Positions 10,657 to 20,377 of a stretch of 64,000 nucleotides of DNA are shown piece after piece. Source of the stretch: Terriglobia bacterium (GTDB lineage: Bacteria; Acidobacteriota; Terriglobia; Terriglobales; Acidobacteriaceae); assembly GCA_963788505.1 (NCBI GenBank), contig CAWBGY010000005.1, forward strand, positions 447,565 to 511,564, in the 5' to 3' direction. How positions within the stretch are numbered: position 1 is the first letter of the stretch; every line of letters starts with the position of its first letter. The notes under the pieces were generated by a model. The model had not been told where the DNA came from. It did not search any database and saw only the letters and a program-made list of their open reading frames with translations. Both the position numbers and the translations under genes were made by a program.

Positions 10657-11141
10657 CAGCTTCTGTAAAACCGGTTCCTGATGGCTTCCACACCGCAACC
10701 CCGTCCCTGGTTGTTCGCGACGCCGCGAAGGCCATCGATTTCTACAAGAAGGTATTCGGCGCTGAGGAGCGCATGCAAATGCCGGGTCCGGGCGGAAAAA
10801 TCATCCACGCCGAAATAAAAATCGGCGATTCGATCATCTTTTTGTCCGATGAAATCCCCGGCATGGGCGGCAAGTCGCCGCAATCGGTGGGCGCGTATAC
10901 CGGCGGCATCTATCTCTACGTACCCAATGTGGACGAGGTCTTTGACCGGGCGGTCGCAGCCGGAGGCAAGGCCCAACGGGGGTGTGAATGACATGTTCTG
11001 GGGCGACCGCGTGGGTCACTTTGTGGATCCCTTCGGCCATGCCTGGACCGTGAGCACGCACGTGGCCGACCTGACCGAGCAGGAAATGGAAAAGGGAGCC
11101 GCAGGACTTCTACGCCCGATGGCGCGAGAAGAAGTCGGCGT
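10653..11141 (+). CDS. VOC/glyoxalase-family protein (PhnB-like); frame broken twice
   Basis: MTASVKPVPDGFHTATPSLVVRDAAKAIDFYKKVFGAEE...|VNDMFWGDRVGHFVDPFGHAWTVSTH...EKGAA|DFYARWREKKSA*. Extra bases near 10986-10992 and 11100-11105. The corrected stop TAG 11139-11141 falls just before repeat R1 copy 2. Confidence 0.7.
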
Positions 11142-11156
11142 AGCTTACGGGAAACA

Positions 11157-11251
11157 CTTAAACCGCAAAGGACGCAAAGAACTGCCGCAAAGGCCGCAAA
11201 GAATTTTCTTAGCGACCTTTGCGGTATTTCTTTGCGCTCTTTGCGGTTAAG
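11157..11251. repeat. CGCAAAG/CTTTGCG hairpin element (family R1), copy 2, tight hairpin form
   Basis: ttaaaCCGCAAAGGaCGCAAAGaactgCCGCAAAGgcCGCAAAGaa-ttttct-tagcgaCCTTTGCGGtatttCTTTGCGctCTTTGCGGttaag. Lies between convergent VOC and lspA genes. Confidence 0.75.
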
Positions 11252-11255
11252 CTTT

Positions 11256-11762
11256 TCAGGCCGACTTTTCCGGGCGCACGGCGATTTTCCGAAGAGAATT
11301 TCGATCACCAGCAAGACCGGCGCCGACCACAATCGCGCTATCGGCCACGTTGAAGGCCGGCCACTGATATTGGCCGACATAGAACAGCAGGAAATCAACG
11401 ACCCGGCCGCTGAGCAGCCGGTCCCAGAGATTGCCCACCGCACCGCCAAGAATCAGCGCCAACCCGATTCCCGTGCTGTTCATGGCGTGACTGTTTCGCC
11501 ACAGCAGAACGGAGACGATGGCCAGCGCCACAATCGAGAACAGGACCAGCGCCGCGATCTTCCATTCAGAAGGCGAGTCGGCGAAGATGCCGAAGGCGGC
11601 GCCGCGATTCTCCACATGCGTAAGGCGGAAGAATCCCGGAATCATCTGAATGGTGTCGTGCAGCGAAATGTCCTTCGCGACCGCCCACTTGGCCGCCCGG
11701 TCGAGGACTACCACCAGCGCGGCAATCAGGAAGTGGAAGGTACGTGTGGTTTGAGTGGTCAT
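11256..11762 (-). CDS. lspA: Lipoprotein signal peptidase (signal peptidase II)
   Basis: DRAAKWAV...FRLTHVENRGAAFG...LGGAVGNLWDRL..GRVVDFL...WPAFNVADSAIVVGAG. Classic ileS-lspA synteny. The last TM helix reads better in another frame (GLLVIEILFGKS), so one or two extra bases near 11290-11325 are likely. Confidence 0.85.
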   Translation of the reverse strand: MTTQTTRTFHFLIAALVVVLDRAAKWAVAKDISLHDTIQMIPGFFRLTHVENRGAAFGIFADSPSEWKIAALVLFSIVALAIVSVLLWRNSHAMNSTGIGLALILGGAVGNLWDRLLSGRVVDFLLFYVGQYQWPAFNVADSAIVVGAGLAGDRNSLRKIAVRPEKSA

Positions 11763-11829
11763 TCGTGGTGGTGAAAACCCTGAACCGCGAAGAACGCAAC
11801 GCACGTCTTTCCGGCGGCCGGGAGGGCGT

Positions 11830-14697
11830 TTACCCGCCGATCTCCTTTAACACGGCGCTGCAGCGCTCGCACACCGTGGGATAGACGGCGTCCTCGCCCA
11901 CGTGGGTCGAGTAATTCCAGCAGCGTTCGCACTTCTTGCCCGCGGCCTTGCTCACCTGGACGCTGACTCCGCTGGTGCCGTTTCCTGACTTGCCCGGCTG
12001 CAGAGTGACCGCCGACACGATAAACAGATAGCGGAGCCGGTCCTGGTAGCGCGCCAGGACGGAGAACACGGGCTCGGCGGCCGTCACCGTGACCTGTGCC
12101 TCCAGATTGGCGCCGCCGATCAGCTTGCTCTGCCGGGCCTCTTCCAGGGCCTTCAGTACTTCGGTGCGGACACGCCAGCAGTGTGGTCCAATCCTCGCGC
12201 TGTTTGGGATCATCCGCGGGAATGGCACCGCCCAGGATGTCAGATGCGCTGGGGAAGTTGGCCAGATGCACACTGGCGGGACGGTCAGGCAGCGCGGGCA
12301 GGTACTGCCACACTTCGTCGCAGGTGAAGCTGGTGATGGGCGCAAGCAGACGGACCAGGGCCTCGCCGATGTGCCAGATGGCCGTCTGCGCCGCCCGGCG
12401 GGCGCGCGAGTTCGGCGCGTAGGTGTAAAGCCGGTCCTTCAATACGTCGAAGTAGAAGGCGCTCAACTCCACGACGCAGAAGTCATTGATCCGATGATAG
12501 ATCTTGTGAAACGCGAACTCGTCGTACCAACGGGTCACATCCGCCGCCATGGCCACGGTCTGGCGCAGCATGTACTGATCGAGAATGTCCATCTCATCGA
12601 ACGGAACCGCGTGCTGCTGCGGATCAAAATCGTAGAGATTGCTCAGGACATAACGAAACAGACTGTTGCGAATCTTGCGGTAGCTTTCGGCCACGCGCTG
12701 CATCACTGGCTCGGAGCCAACCACGTCCTCGCGAAAATCGACCGAGGCGACCCAGAGACGAACGATCTCGCCGCCCAGGCGGCTGGCGATGTCGACGGGA
12801 TCGACGTCGTTGCCGCGAGACTTCGACATGGCCTGCCCCTTCTCGTCGAGCGTCCAGCCCGGGGTGACGACTCCGTGGTAGGGCGGACTGCCGCGCGTGC
12901 CCATGGCGCAGAGCAGGGAAGACTGAAACCATCCGCGGTACTGGTCGCCGCCTTCGAGATAAAGATCAGAAGGCCAGGGATATCCGGGTTCATCGTCGAG
13001 CAGGGCCAGATAGCTGGTGCCGGACTCCAGCCAGACATCGAAAATGTCGGTTTCCCGCTCAAAGCTTGTTCCACTGCAGTGCGGGCACTGTGGTGCCGGC
13101 GGGGAGCATCGTGTCGGCCTCGGGCGTGTACCACGCGTCGGCGCCGGAACGTGCGAAAAGCTCGGCCACCTTGGCATTGATGGCGGGGTCGTTCAGCGGC
13201 TTGCCGCAGCTTTTGCACAGGAAAACGGCGATGGGCACGCCCCAGACGCGCTGCCGCGAGATGCACCAGTCGGGCCGGGTCGCGATCATGTTGTGCATGC
13301 GCTCCTTGCCCCAGGCTGGGTCCCACTTCACCTTCTCGACGTCTTCGAGGGTACCGGCTGCGCAGGGTGCCGCCGCCCGGCATGGCCGCTTCCATCGAGA
13401 TGAACCACTGTTCGGTGGCGCGAAAGATGATGGGATTATGGCAGCGCCAGCAATGCGGATAGGAATGCACGAGCTTTTCCGTGTGCAGCAGCGCACCGCG
13501 TTTCTTGAGCAGCTCGATGATGGGCGCATTGGCATCCCAAACCTTCAACCCGTCGTACTCGGGAAGGCCGTTGCGCAGGATGCCTTTTTCATCCACGTTG
13601 CTGGTGGCGTCGAGTCCGTACTTCACGCCGGTGGCGAAGTCTTCCGCGCCGTGCGAGGGCGCGGTGTGAACCACGCCGGTGCCGGTGTCCATGGTGACGT
13701 AGTCGGCCAGCACGCCGAGGATTTTGCGATCGAGAAAGGGATGCTGAAAGTTGAGGCGCTCCATCTTGCTCCCGGAGAAGCGTGCCAGTTCCTTCGCGTC
13801 TTGAAGGTTGCATTTCTCGGCCACATCGGCAGCCAGCCTGGCCGCCACGATGTAAGACCTCGCCCGCGGATTCAAGCGCAACGTACTCTTCGTGGGGATG
13901 GAACGCCACCGCCATCGACGCCGGCAGTGTCCAGGGAGTGGTGGTCCAGATGATGGTCGAGACTTTCTTGCCGGTAAGAGCCGGATCAATCTTGGCCGGA
14001 TCGTCAAGCAGCGCGTACTTTACCCAGACGGTTTGGCGTGGTGTCATTCTCGTATTCAACTTCGGCCTCGGCCAGCGCCGTCTCGTCGTGCATGCACCAA
14101 TACACGGCGCGCAGACCCTTGTAGACGAAATTGTTCTCGTAAAAGCTGTAAAACGTCTTCAGCACCACGGACTCGTACTGCGGGGTCATGGTGTAATAGG
14201 GCCGGTCAAAACGCCCGAAGACGCCAATGCGCTTGAACTGCTCGCGCTGCAGATCGAGAAACTTCTGGGCAAACTTGCGGCACTCCCGGCGCACATCAAG
14301 CGGTCGCATCTGCAGCTTCTTGCCGCCCAGCATCTGGTCGACCTTGATCTCGATGGGCAGGCCGTGGCAGTCCCATCCCGGGACATAGGGAGCGTCAAAT
14401 CCGGCCATAGTCTTGGATTTGACCACGAAATCCTTCAGACACTTGTTGAGCGCCGTACCCAGATGGATGGGTCCGCTGGTGTAGGGCGGGCCATCGTGGA
14501 GGACATAGAGCTTTGCCCCGCGCCGCGCCTCGCGAATACGCTCGTAGATTCCCATCTGCTCCCACCGGGCCAGGGCCTTGGGCTCGTTCTGGGGCAGGTT
14601 GGCCTTCATGGGGAAAGTCGGTCTTAGGCAGATTGATGGTGGATTTCAGCTCCAGCGGCACGCGGTTGTTTTCTCCCAAATGGTTGATTTTTTTCAT
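11830..14697 (-). CDS. ileS: Isoleucine--tRNA ligase, reading frame broken six times in the sequence as given
   Basis: Six collinear ORF pieces: [29 protein letters not shown] | [36 protein letters not shown] | [20 protein letters not shown] | [32 protein letters not shown] | [40 protein letters not shown] | [31 protein letters not shown] | [23 protein letters not shown]-like and KMSKS motifs are present. Junctions near 14610-14613, 14032-14034, 13855, 13350-13356, 13088-13092 and 12171-12174. Confidence 0.9.
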
Positions 14698-15001
14698 TAT
14701 AGGGAGCGGGAGAACGAACGTCCATTGACCGCCGGGAACGCCCGGGTTGAGGCGCCAACGGGAGTTCGGAAAGCACTGTCAGAAAGACCGCGGAAACGTG
14801 TACAATTTTCCAAAGGGTGACGTTTGCCTTAACCCAGCATCTAAGAATTTGGGGAGAGTTCGGGGCAGCGTGGACGTCGGCTTTAACGAGGTCGCCAGAG
14901 GATTCGGCGCTTTGGAAGCAACTTGGCAGCTCATGTGCTCATCAAGTTTAAGATAGGCTGATGGATTCGCCCCGCGAACGGCAGTCGAATTCGGGTTAAC
15001 T

Positions 15002-16002
15002 ATGCCAACACTCGAAAGTCAAGCCCCGCGGCGAAGCAGAACCCGAACTCAATTTGCTGCTCTCCAAGAGCGTGTTGGAAGAGCCGCTGTGGAAGTCCCT
15101 TTTCCGGAACCTCGACGATTTCTTCTTTCCCAAGAAACTGCCTCCGCTGGTGCTGACTTCGAAGCCTGTCCCGGTCAAGGACATTTGGGGCTTCTACGAT
15201 TACAAGAAAAACGGCGTTCTGGGTTCTACCGTCGTGCATGTCCTGGCAGTGGCGGCCATCATCGGCATCACCCTGCTGGGCCGAAGGGTAGTGCAGCAGA
15301 TTGTGAAGCCGCACGACACCATCACGCTGGTTTCTCCCGACGATATTCCTCCCTTGCAGCCATCGAAGACGGCCGCGGGAGGCGGCGGCGGTGGCGGCGA
15401 TCGCGACAAGTTCCAGGCGCCCAAGGGCAAATTGCCCAAGCAGTCGATGGAGCAGATCACACCCCCCATGATGGTGGTGAGGAACGACAATCCCAAGCTG
15501 ACGGCTGAACCGACTGTCGTGATTCCGCCCCAGGTGAAGTTGGCTCTGAATAACCTGCCCAACCTGGGTGACCCAATGTCGCACCTGCCCTCCGGGCCCG
15601 CCATCGAACGGAACCGGTTCGGGCGGTGGCATTGGTTCAGGCTCGGGCGGCGGCGTGGGCGTGGGCACGGGTCCCGGCGTGGGCGAAGGCCGCGGCGGCG
15701 GAGTGGGTGGCGGAGTGTTTCGGGTAGGCGGCGGCGTCAGCGCCCCCCGAGTGATCTATCAGCCTGATCCGGAATACTCGGAAGAAGCGCGCAAAGCGAA
15801 GTACCAGGGCACCTGCGTCCTTTGGCTGGTGGTGGGGCCGGATGGCAGGCCGCGAGATATTCGCGTGGCCCGCAGCCTGGGACTGGGACTGGACGAGAAG
15901 GCCATCGAAGCGGTGAAGACCTGGAAGTTCGAGCCGGCGATGAAAGACGGAAAGCCGGTAGCGGTACAGATCAACGTGGAAGTCAGCTTCCGCCTGTACT
16001 GA
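15002..16002 (+). CDS. TonB-family energy transducer (Gly/Pro-rich linker + TonB C-terminal domain); frame broken once or twice
   Basis: N-terminal TM (GSTVVHVLAVAAIIGITLLG), Gly-rich linker, C-terminal PRVIYQPDPEYSEEARKAKYQGTCVLWLVVGPDGRPRDIRVARSLGLGLDEKAIEAVKTWKFEPA. Frame 0 to frame 1 switch near 15590-15600. The only ATG (15002) is in frame 2 and joins frame 0 with one base removed near 15015-15050; alternative TTG start at 15054. Confidence 0.75.
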
Positions 16003-16020
16003 TTTTAATTTTGGTTGGGA

Positions 16021-16051
16021 AAGCGGCCGCAAATTCGCGGCCGCTTTTTTT
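16021..16051 (+). terminator. Rho-independent terminator after the TonB-like gene
   Basis: GCGGCCGC-aaattc-GCGGCCGC followed by TTTTTTT. Confidence 0.65.
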
Positions 16052-16083
16052 GCGCAAATAGAAAAGCGCTCCAGAACGACCAT

Positions 16084-16284
16084 GTGTCACCCTGAGCGAG
16101 TTGAGATCGTCCGCTGGCGGACGATCCCGGCGAGTCGAAGGGCCTCTAGAGCCGCCATCACTGTTCGGTTCGCGAGCTTTTCTCTGAGCGAAGTTCCTTG
16201 GCACGACACCGATCTGGCTACAGGGGTCCTTCGACTGCGTAGCTGCTTCGCTACGCGAAGCAGCTACTCCGCTCAGGATGACAC
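16084..16284. repeat. TGTCATCCTGAGCG-terminated ~200-bp palindromic element (family R2), copy A
   Basis: Termini gtgtcaCCCTGAGCG / CGCTCAGGATGACAC. Subterminal hairpins (gatcgtccgc-tgg-gcggacgatc; gtagctgcttcg-cta-cgcgaagcagctac). Inner GTCGAAGG / CCTTCGAC boxes. Lies between convergent tonB-like and murI genes. Confidence 0.8.
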
Positions 16285-16303
16285 CTCTTCTCAGAGGGTG
16301 ACA

Positions 16304-17131
16304 CTACTCTTTCAGTTCTACGTGCTGGACGTCTTCGATTGGACTTCCCAAAAAGTGCGCACCCATCCGACGGAACTTATCCACTGAATCGGTCACGAAG
16401 AATTTCAGGCGAGGCGTTCCGCGGCGTTCCTCTCCGGAAGGCGCCTTTGGCAGTCCTTGACGGAGTAGCTGGCTGACCACGCGAGCCGTGGAGTCGGCAG
16501 AATCGACGATGGTGACGTGGCTGGGGACCGACCGGTGCAGCAGCGGCTTCAGCAGGGGATAGTGAGTGCAACCCAGCACCAGGACGTCGGCGGACTCGAA
16601 GTCGCCGGCGAACGCCTGGTCGAGATAGATGCGGGCTATCTGTTCGGCGACCGGGTGTTCCGCCCATCCTTCTTCGACCAACGGCACAAATAGTGGGCAA
16701 GCCTTCTCCGTGGCGTCGATTCCGCGGGCCTGCAAAGCCTTCGCATAGGCGTGGCTGCTCACCGTGGCCTCGGTGCCAATTACCACCACTTTGCGGGCCT
16801 GGCTGGCGGCCGCGGCACGGGCGGCGCCCGGTTCTACGACTCCTACCACGGGAACGCTGGAAGCCTGCGTGATCTGGTCGAGAGCCAAGGCCGTGGCCGT
16901 GTTACAGGCGATCACCAGCATCTGGGCGCCGTGTTGTTCGAGATACTGCACCGCGCCTATGGCGTACCGGGCGACGGTCTCGACCGACTTCGAGCCGTAG
17001 GGCAGGCGCGCGGTGTCGCCGAAGTAGATGTAATCAGCGTCCGGCGCGAGCGCGACCAGTTCCTTGAGAACGGTCAGTCCGCCAAAGCCGGAATCAAATA
17101 CGCCGATGCAGGGTCGCCGAGCGGTGGCCAT
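16304..17131 (-). CDS. murI: Glutamate racemase
   Basis: IGVFDSGFGGLTVLKEL, LVIACNTATA and VLGCTHYPLL motifs (both catalytic Cys contexts). 275 aa, intact. Confidence 0.9.
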   Translation of the reverse strand: MATARRPCIGVFDSGFGGLTVLKELVALAPDADYIYFGDTARLPYGSKSVETVARYAIGAVQYLEQHGAQMLVIACNTATALALDQITQASSVPVVGVVEPGAARAAAASQARKVVVIGTEATVSSHAYAKALQARGIDATEKACPLFVPLVEEGWAEHPVAEQIARIYLDQAFAGDFESADVLVLGCTHYPLLKPLLHRSVPSHVTIVDSADSTARVVSQLLRQGLPKAPSGEERRGTPRLKFFVTDSVDKFRRMGAHFLGSPIEDVQHVELKE

Positions 17132-17235
17132 GAATGTATGCGAAGGAACATCATAATGGGCGCGTTGAGTTTTTGCGTAGACAATCCGTCACAGCATTTA
17201 GGATGAGCGGATATCTCAGAGAATGGGAGGAAACG

Positions 17236-17967
17236 ATGACCCGTTCCACGATTGTGCTACTGCTTACCGTGATCGCGGCGTTTACATCGTCCTGCATGCC
17301 GCCAAAGGAAGCTGCGATCACGCAGGGCGATCTCGTCCGCAACACGCAGGAGATGTTCGACGGCGTCGCTGCCGGTGACCAGGCGCCCTGGCAGAAATAC
17401 TTCGCCGACGACAGCATGTACTTCGATGAGAAGGGAAGAGCCATGGACAAGGCTGCCCTGGTGAAAGACGTGACTCCGCTTCCACCGGGCTATTCGGGCA
17501 GCATCAAGATCGTGAATCCCAAAAGCAATATCCAGGGCGACACGGCGATCCTCTCCTACGACTTGAACGAAACCGAGACGATTTTCGGTCAGGACCTCAC
17601 CGCCCGCTACCACGGGACGGACACCTGGATGTATCGCAACGGAAAATGGCAGATCGTGGCCGGTCAAATGTTTCGCTACTACGAAGACCCTGCTCCGGGC
17701 AAGGCGGACCTGAAGAAATATGGCGAGTACGTGGGAACTTACGAACTGGCGCCGGGAGTGACACAGGCGGTCTCCGTCCGCGACGGCGCCTTGTACGCAC
17801 AGCGCGGGAGCAGACCGGAAGCCGAGCTGGTGCCGGAATCAACCGACATATTTTTTCGCAAAGGTGTGGAAGGCCGGTGCTTGTTCCGGCGAGCCGACAG
17901 CGGCAAGGTCGAAGCCATGATCGATCGTCGGAACAATGAGGATGTAGTTTGGAAGAAAATTAAGTAG
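17236..17967 (+). CDS. Lipoprotein with DUF4440/SnoaL-like (NTF2 fold) domain plus a C-terminal DUF3471-like domain
   Basis: GGGAGG RBS then ATG 17236. Lipobox LTVIAAFTSSC. WQKYFADDSMYFDEKG...TDTWMYRNGKWQIVAGQ pattern of NTF2-like proteins. Confidence 0.65.
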   Translation: MTRSTIVLLLTVIAAFTSSCMPPKEAAITQGDLVRNTQEMFDGVAAGDQAPWQKYFADDSMYFDEKGRAMDKAALVKDVTPLPPGYSGSIKIVNPKSNIQGDTAILSYDLNETETIFGQDLTARYHGTDTWMYRNGKWQIVAGQMFRYYEDPAPGKADLKKYGEYVGTYELAPGVTQAVSVRDGALYAQRGSRPEAELVPESTDIFFRKGVEGRCLFRRADSGKVEAMIDRRNNEDVVWKKIK

Positions 17968-17997
17968 TTGTACGGATCCGTCAGGCGGCAACCGTTA

Positions 17998-19224
17998 TTA
18001 CTTGAAGCGCGAGGCTTGGACGCGTTCTTGTCCTTGCGCTGCCAGGTTGCGTTCACAGCAGGGCCCGGGGGGAATGGGTGCGCCGTGCGGGCAGGTGCGG
18101 GGATGGCCGAGGAAGCTGCAGATCTTGTCGGTCGCTTCGGGCGAGAGAATATGCTCGAACTTGCAGGCCTGCTGTTCGATCTCTGATTCGCTGTCCAGGG
18201 CCAGGCTGTCGGTGAAGAGGCGTTCGGCCAGGCGATGGCGGCGGATGATGTCGGCGGCGCGCAAACGGCCGCGGGGAGTGAATTCCACGATCATGCTGCC
18301 GTCGCCGGTGGAGACGCCCGCAGGCTTGAGCGCATCGTGGCAGGGGTTCACGAAGGGCTTGTGATTGTGCGTTTCCGGCGGATGGGGCTTCGTAGTGAGC
18401 AGGCCCAGGGCCGTCATCTTCTCGACCGCGATGCTGACCGGCAACGCGCCGTGAACTTCCATACGCTCGATTTCAGCAATTTCTCCGTGCTCCTCGACCG
18501 CCCATAGTTCTTCGAGGACTTCGTCGAACTGCTCTTCGTCGGCCATGGCGAAAACTTCCTGATCGGCAATCTTGCCGTGGTGCAGTTCGATGCGGCGGTC
18601 CGCCAGTCGGGCGACGACGGGATCGTGTGTCACCATGACGATGGTGCGTCCCTGGCGGTGCAGTTCGCGCAGCAGGCGCAGGACAATCTCTTCGTTGACC
18701 GCGTCCAGATTGCCGGTGGGCTCGTCGGCCAGAACGATCTTGGGATCGTTGATCAGGGCGCGCGCGATGCAGACCCGCTGCTGCTCCCCGCCGGAAAGGT
18801 GGGCAGGCAGATGCCCGGCGCGGTCCTTCAATCCCACATGGGCCAGGGCCGCCAGCGCTTCCTGCTCATCGGTCATGCTGTGAAAGTACTGGGCCAGCAT
18901 GACGTTTTCGAGCGCGGTGAGGTACGGGATCAGGTGGAATTGCTGGAAGATGAGACCGACCTTTTCGGCGCGAGCGCGGTTCAAGTCCTGGGCGGAAATC
19001 CGGGCGACGTCTTCGCCGTCGAGCCAGATTTCGCCTGACGTGGGGCGATCCAGGCATCCGATCAGGTTGACCAGGGAGGACTTGCCGGAACCGGACGGGC
19101 CCATGATGGCGAGCCACTCGCCAGGTGCAACCTCGAGAGACACGTCATCCAGCGCACGGATAACGCCGCCATTGGTCTCGGCCCGGGCTGGGTAAAGGCG
19201 GCTGACATGTTTGAGCTTGATCAT
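17998..19224 (-). CDS. ABC transporter ATP-binding protein (LolD/MacB type) fused to a C-terminal DtxR/IdeR-like metal-sensor module
   Basis: Walker [10 protein letters not shown], signature LSGGEQQRV, Walker [14 protein letters not shown]-loop VTHD (aa 1-225). Then [12 protein letters not shown]...[60 protein letters not shown] (aa ~228-386). ATG 19224 lies 1 nt after the upstream permease stop. Confidence 0.85.
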   Translation of the reverse strand: MIKLKHVSRLYPARAETNGGVIRALDDVSLEVAPGEWLAIMGPSGSGKSSLVNLIGCLDRPTSGEIWLDGEDVARISAQDLNRARAEKVGLIFQQFHLIPYLTALENVMLAQYFHSMTDEQEALAALAHVGLKDRAGHLPAHLSGGEQQRVCIARALINDPKIVLADEPTGNLDAVNEEIVLRLLRELHRQGRTIVMVTHDPVVARLADRRIELHHGKIADQEVFAMADEEQFDEVLEELWAVEEHGEIAEIERMEVHGALPVSIAVEKMTALGLLTTKPHPPETHNHKPFVNPCHDALKPAGVSTGDGSMIVEFTPRGRLRAADIIRRHRLAERLFTDSLALDSESEIEQQACKFEHILSPEATDKICSFLGHPRTCPHGAPIPPGPCCERNLAAQGQERVQASRFK

Positions 19225-19225
19225 G

Positions 19226-20377
19226 TCATTCTCCCCTGAGGATGGTAGCAGGTTGAACCCGCCCGAGCAGAGATATCGGCAGGACGGCGGCGATGAGAGC
19301 GATGACGATCCCGCCCAGCAGAACAACCGGCAACACGCTCAGGCGCGGAGTGACCGGGGCGTGAAAATTGACCCGGCCAATCCAGATCGCCACTCCCACT
19401 CCGACGGCAAAGCCTATGGCCGCGCCGATCCCGCCCAGAATGGCGGCTTCGGCGGCGAAGAAGCCTTGCAACATCCTCCCGGATGCGCCCAGGGCCTTCA
19501 TGAGGGCAAAGTCGCGGCGGCGATCGGAGACCCAGCCGGTCAACGTAGAGAGCACACACATTGCGGCGGTGAGAATGATGAGAATGGATGCTACGAGAAG
19601 CGTAGAGCGCATCCTGCCCAATACATTGGCCTCGCCCTCGGTAACCTGGCGTACGGCGTGGACGTCAGCCACGGGAAGGACCTGCCCGAGGCGTTGGATG
19701 ACGGTGCTCACCTCTTCGGTCGAGCCTGAAGCCGAGATCTCAACCGTCGAATACGGGACGTGGGTCCACTCGGTAAAGTCGGCGAGCGATATGTAGATAC
19801 GACTGTCTTCGGCTGCGCCGGTCTGCAGGGTGCCGGCCGGATTGAGCCGAATGGTGCGCCCCTGAAAACTGAGGTCGAAGGGCGTTCCCGGTGAACCGGC
19901 CACGCTAACGGCGCGCGTGCCCACCAGGGCATCGCGGGAAGCTTTTGGCCAACCTGTCACGGACCACCAGCTGCCGTCCAACTTTTGGACTTGTTCGATA
20001 TCCGTCCCGGCAACGACGACCGAATGACCATTAGCGGTGCGGGCGACGGCGTAGGCGAAAGGGACGGCGATGCCCCCGCTGCCCAAGACTGACCGGACCG
20101 TCGCCAGGGTATGGTCCGGCAGGCTCTGGCCGTCGCGGGCAACTACCACGATGTTGGCGCCGTACTTGCGAAACTCCCGGCGCAGCTTGGCCTGAACGTC
20201 GACGTAGAGATTGAGCATGGCGGTGGCCACGGCGGCAGCCACCAGCATGGCTAGCAGCGCAGAGGCGGCCCGCCCCCGCCGCAGAACAGCCGCACGCACC
20301 AGCATGCGCAGGAACATCGAAGTATGGGGCGCGGCCGTCCGGCGGCGGGCGACGTGGCCCGCGTCTGGCGGGATCAT
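19226..20377 (-). CDS. ABC transporter permease, MacB/FtsX type (4 TM, large periplasmic domain)
   Basis: N-terminal TM, ~220-aa extracytoplasmic region, C-terminal FtsX-like 3-TM bundle (DRRRDFALMKALGASGRML). ATGA overlap with the upstream permease gene. Confidence 0.8.
   Translation of the reverse strand: MIPPDAGHVARRRTAAPHTSMFLRMLVRAAVLRRGRAASALLAMLVAAAVATAMLNLYVDVQAKLRREFRKYGANIVVVARDGQSLPDHTLATVRSVLGSGGIAVPFAYAVARTANGHSVVVAGTDIEQVQKLDGSWWSVTGWPKASRDALVGTRAVSVAGSPGTPFDLSFQGRTIRLNPAGTLQTGAAEDSRIYISLADFTEWTHVPYSTVEISASGSTEEVSTVIQRLGQVLPVADVHAVRQVTEGEANVLGRMRSTLLVASILIILTAAMCVLSTLTGWVSDRRRDFALMKALGASGRMLQGFFAAEAAILGGIGAAIGFAVGVGVAIWIGRVNFHAPVTPRLSVLPVVLLGGIVIALIAAVLPISLLGRVQPATILRGE

Noticed and set aside
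11830-14697. Programmed ribosomal frameshifting or another recoding mechanism as the explanation for the broken genes.
   Set aside because: There are about two dozen events in unrelated housekeeping genes. They share no slippery heptamer or downstream structure, several sit in short homopolymers, and they are strongly clustered in one 8-kb stretch. This pattern fits insertion-type sequence error far better.
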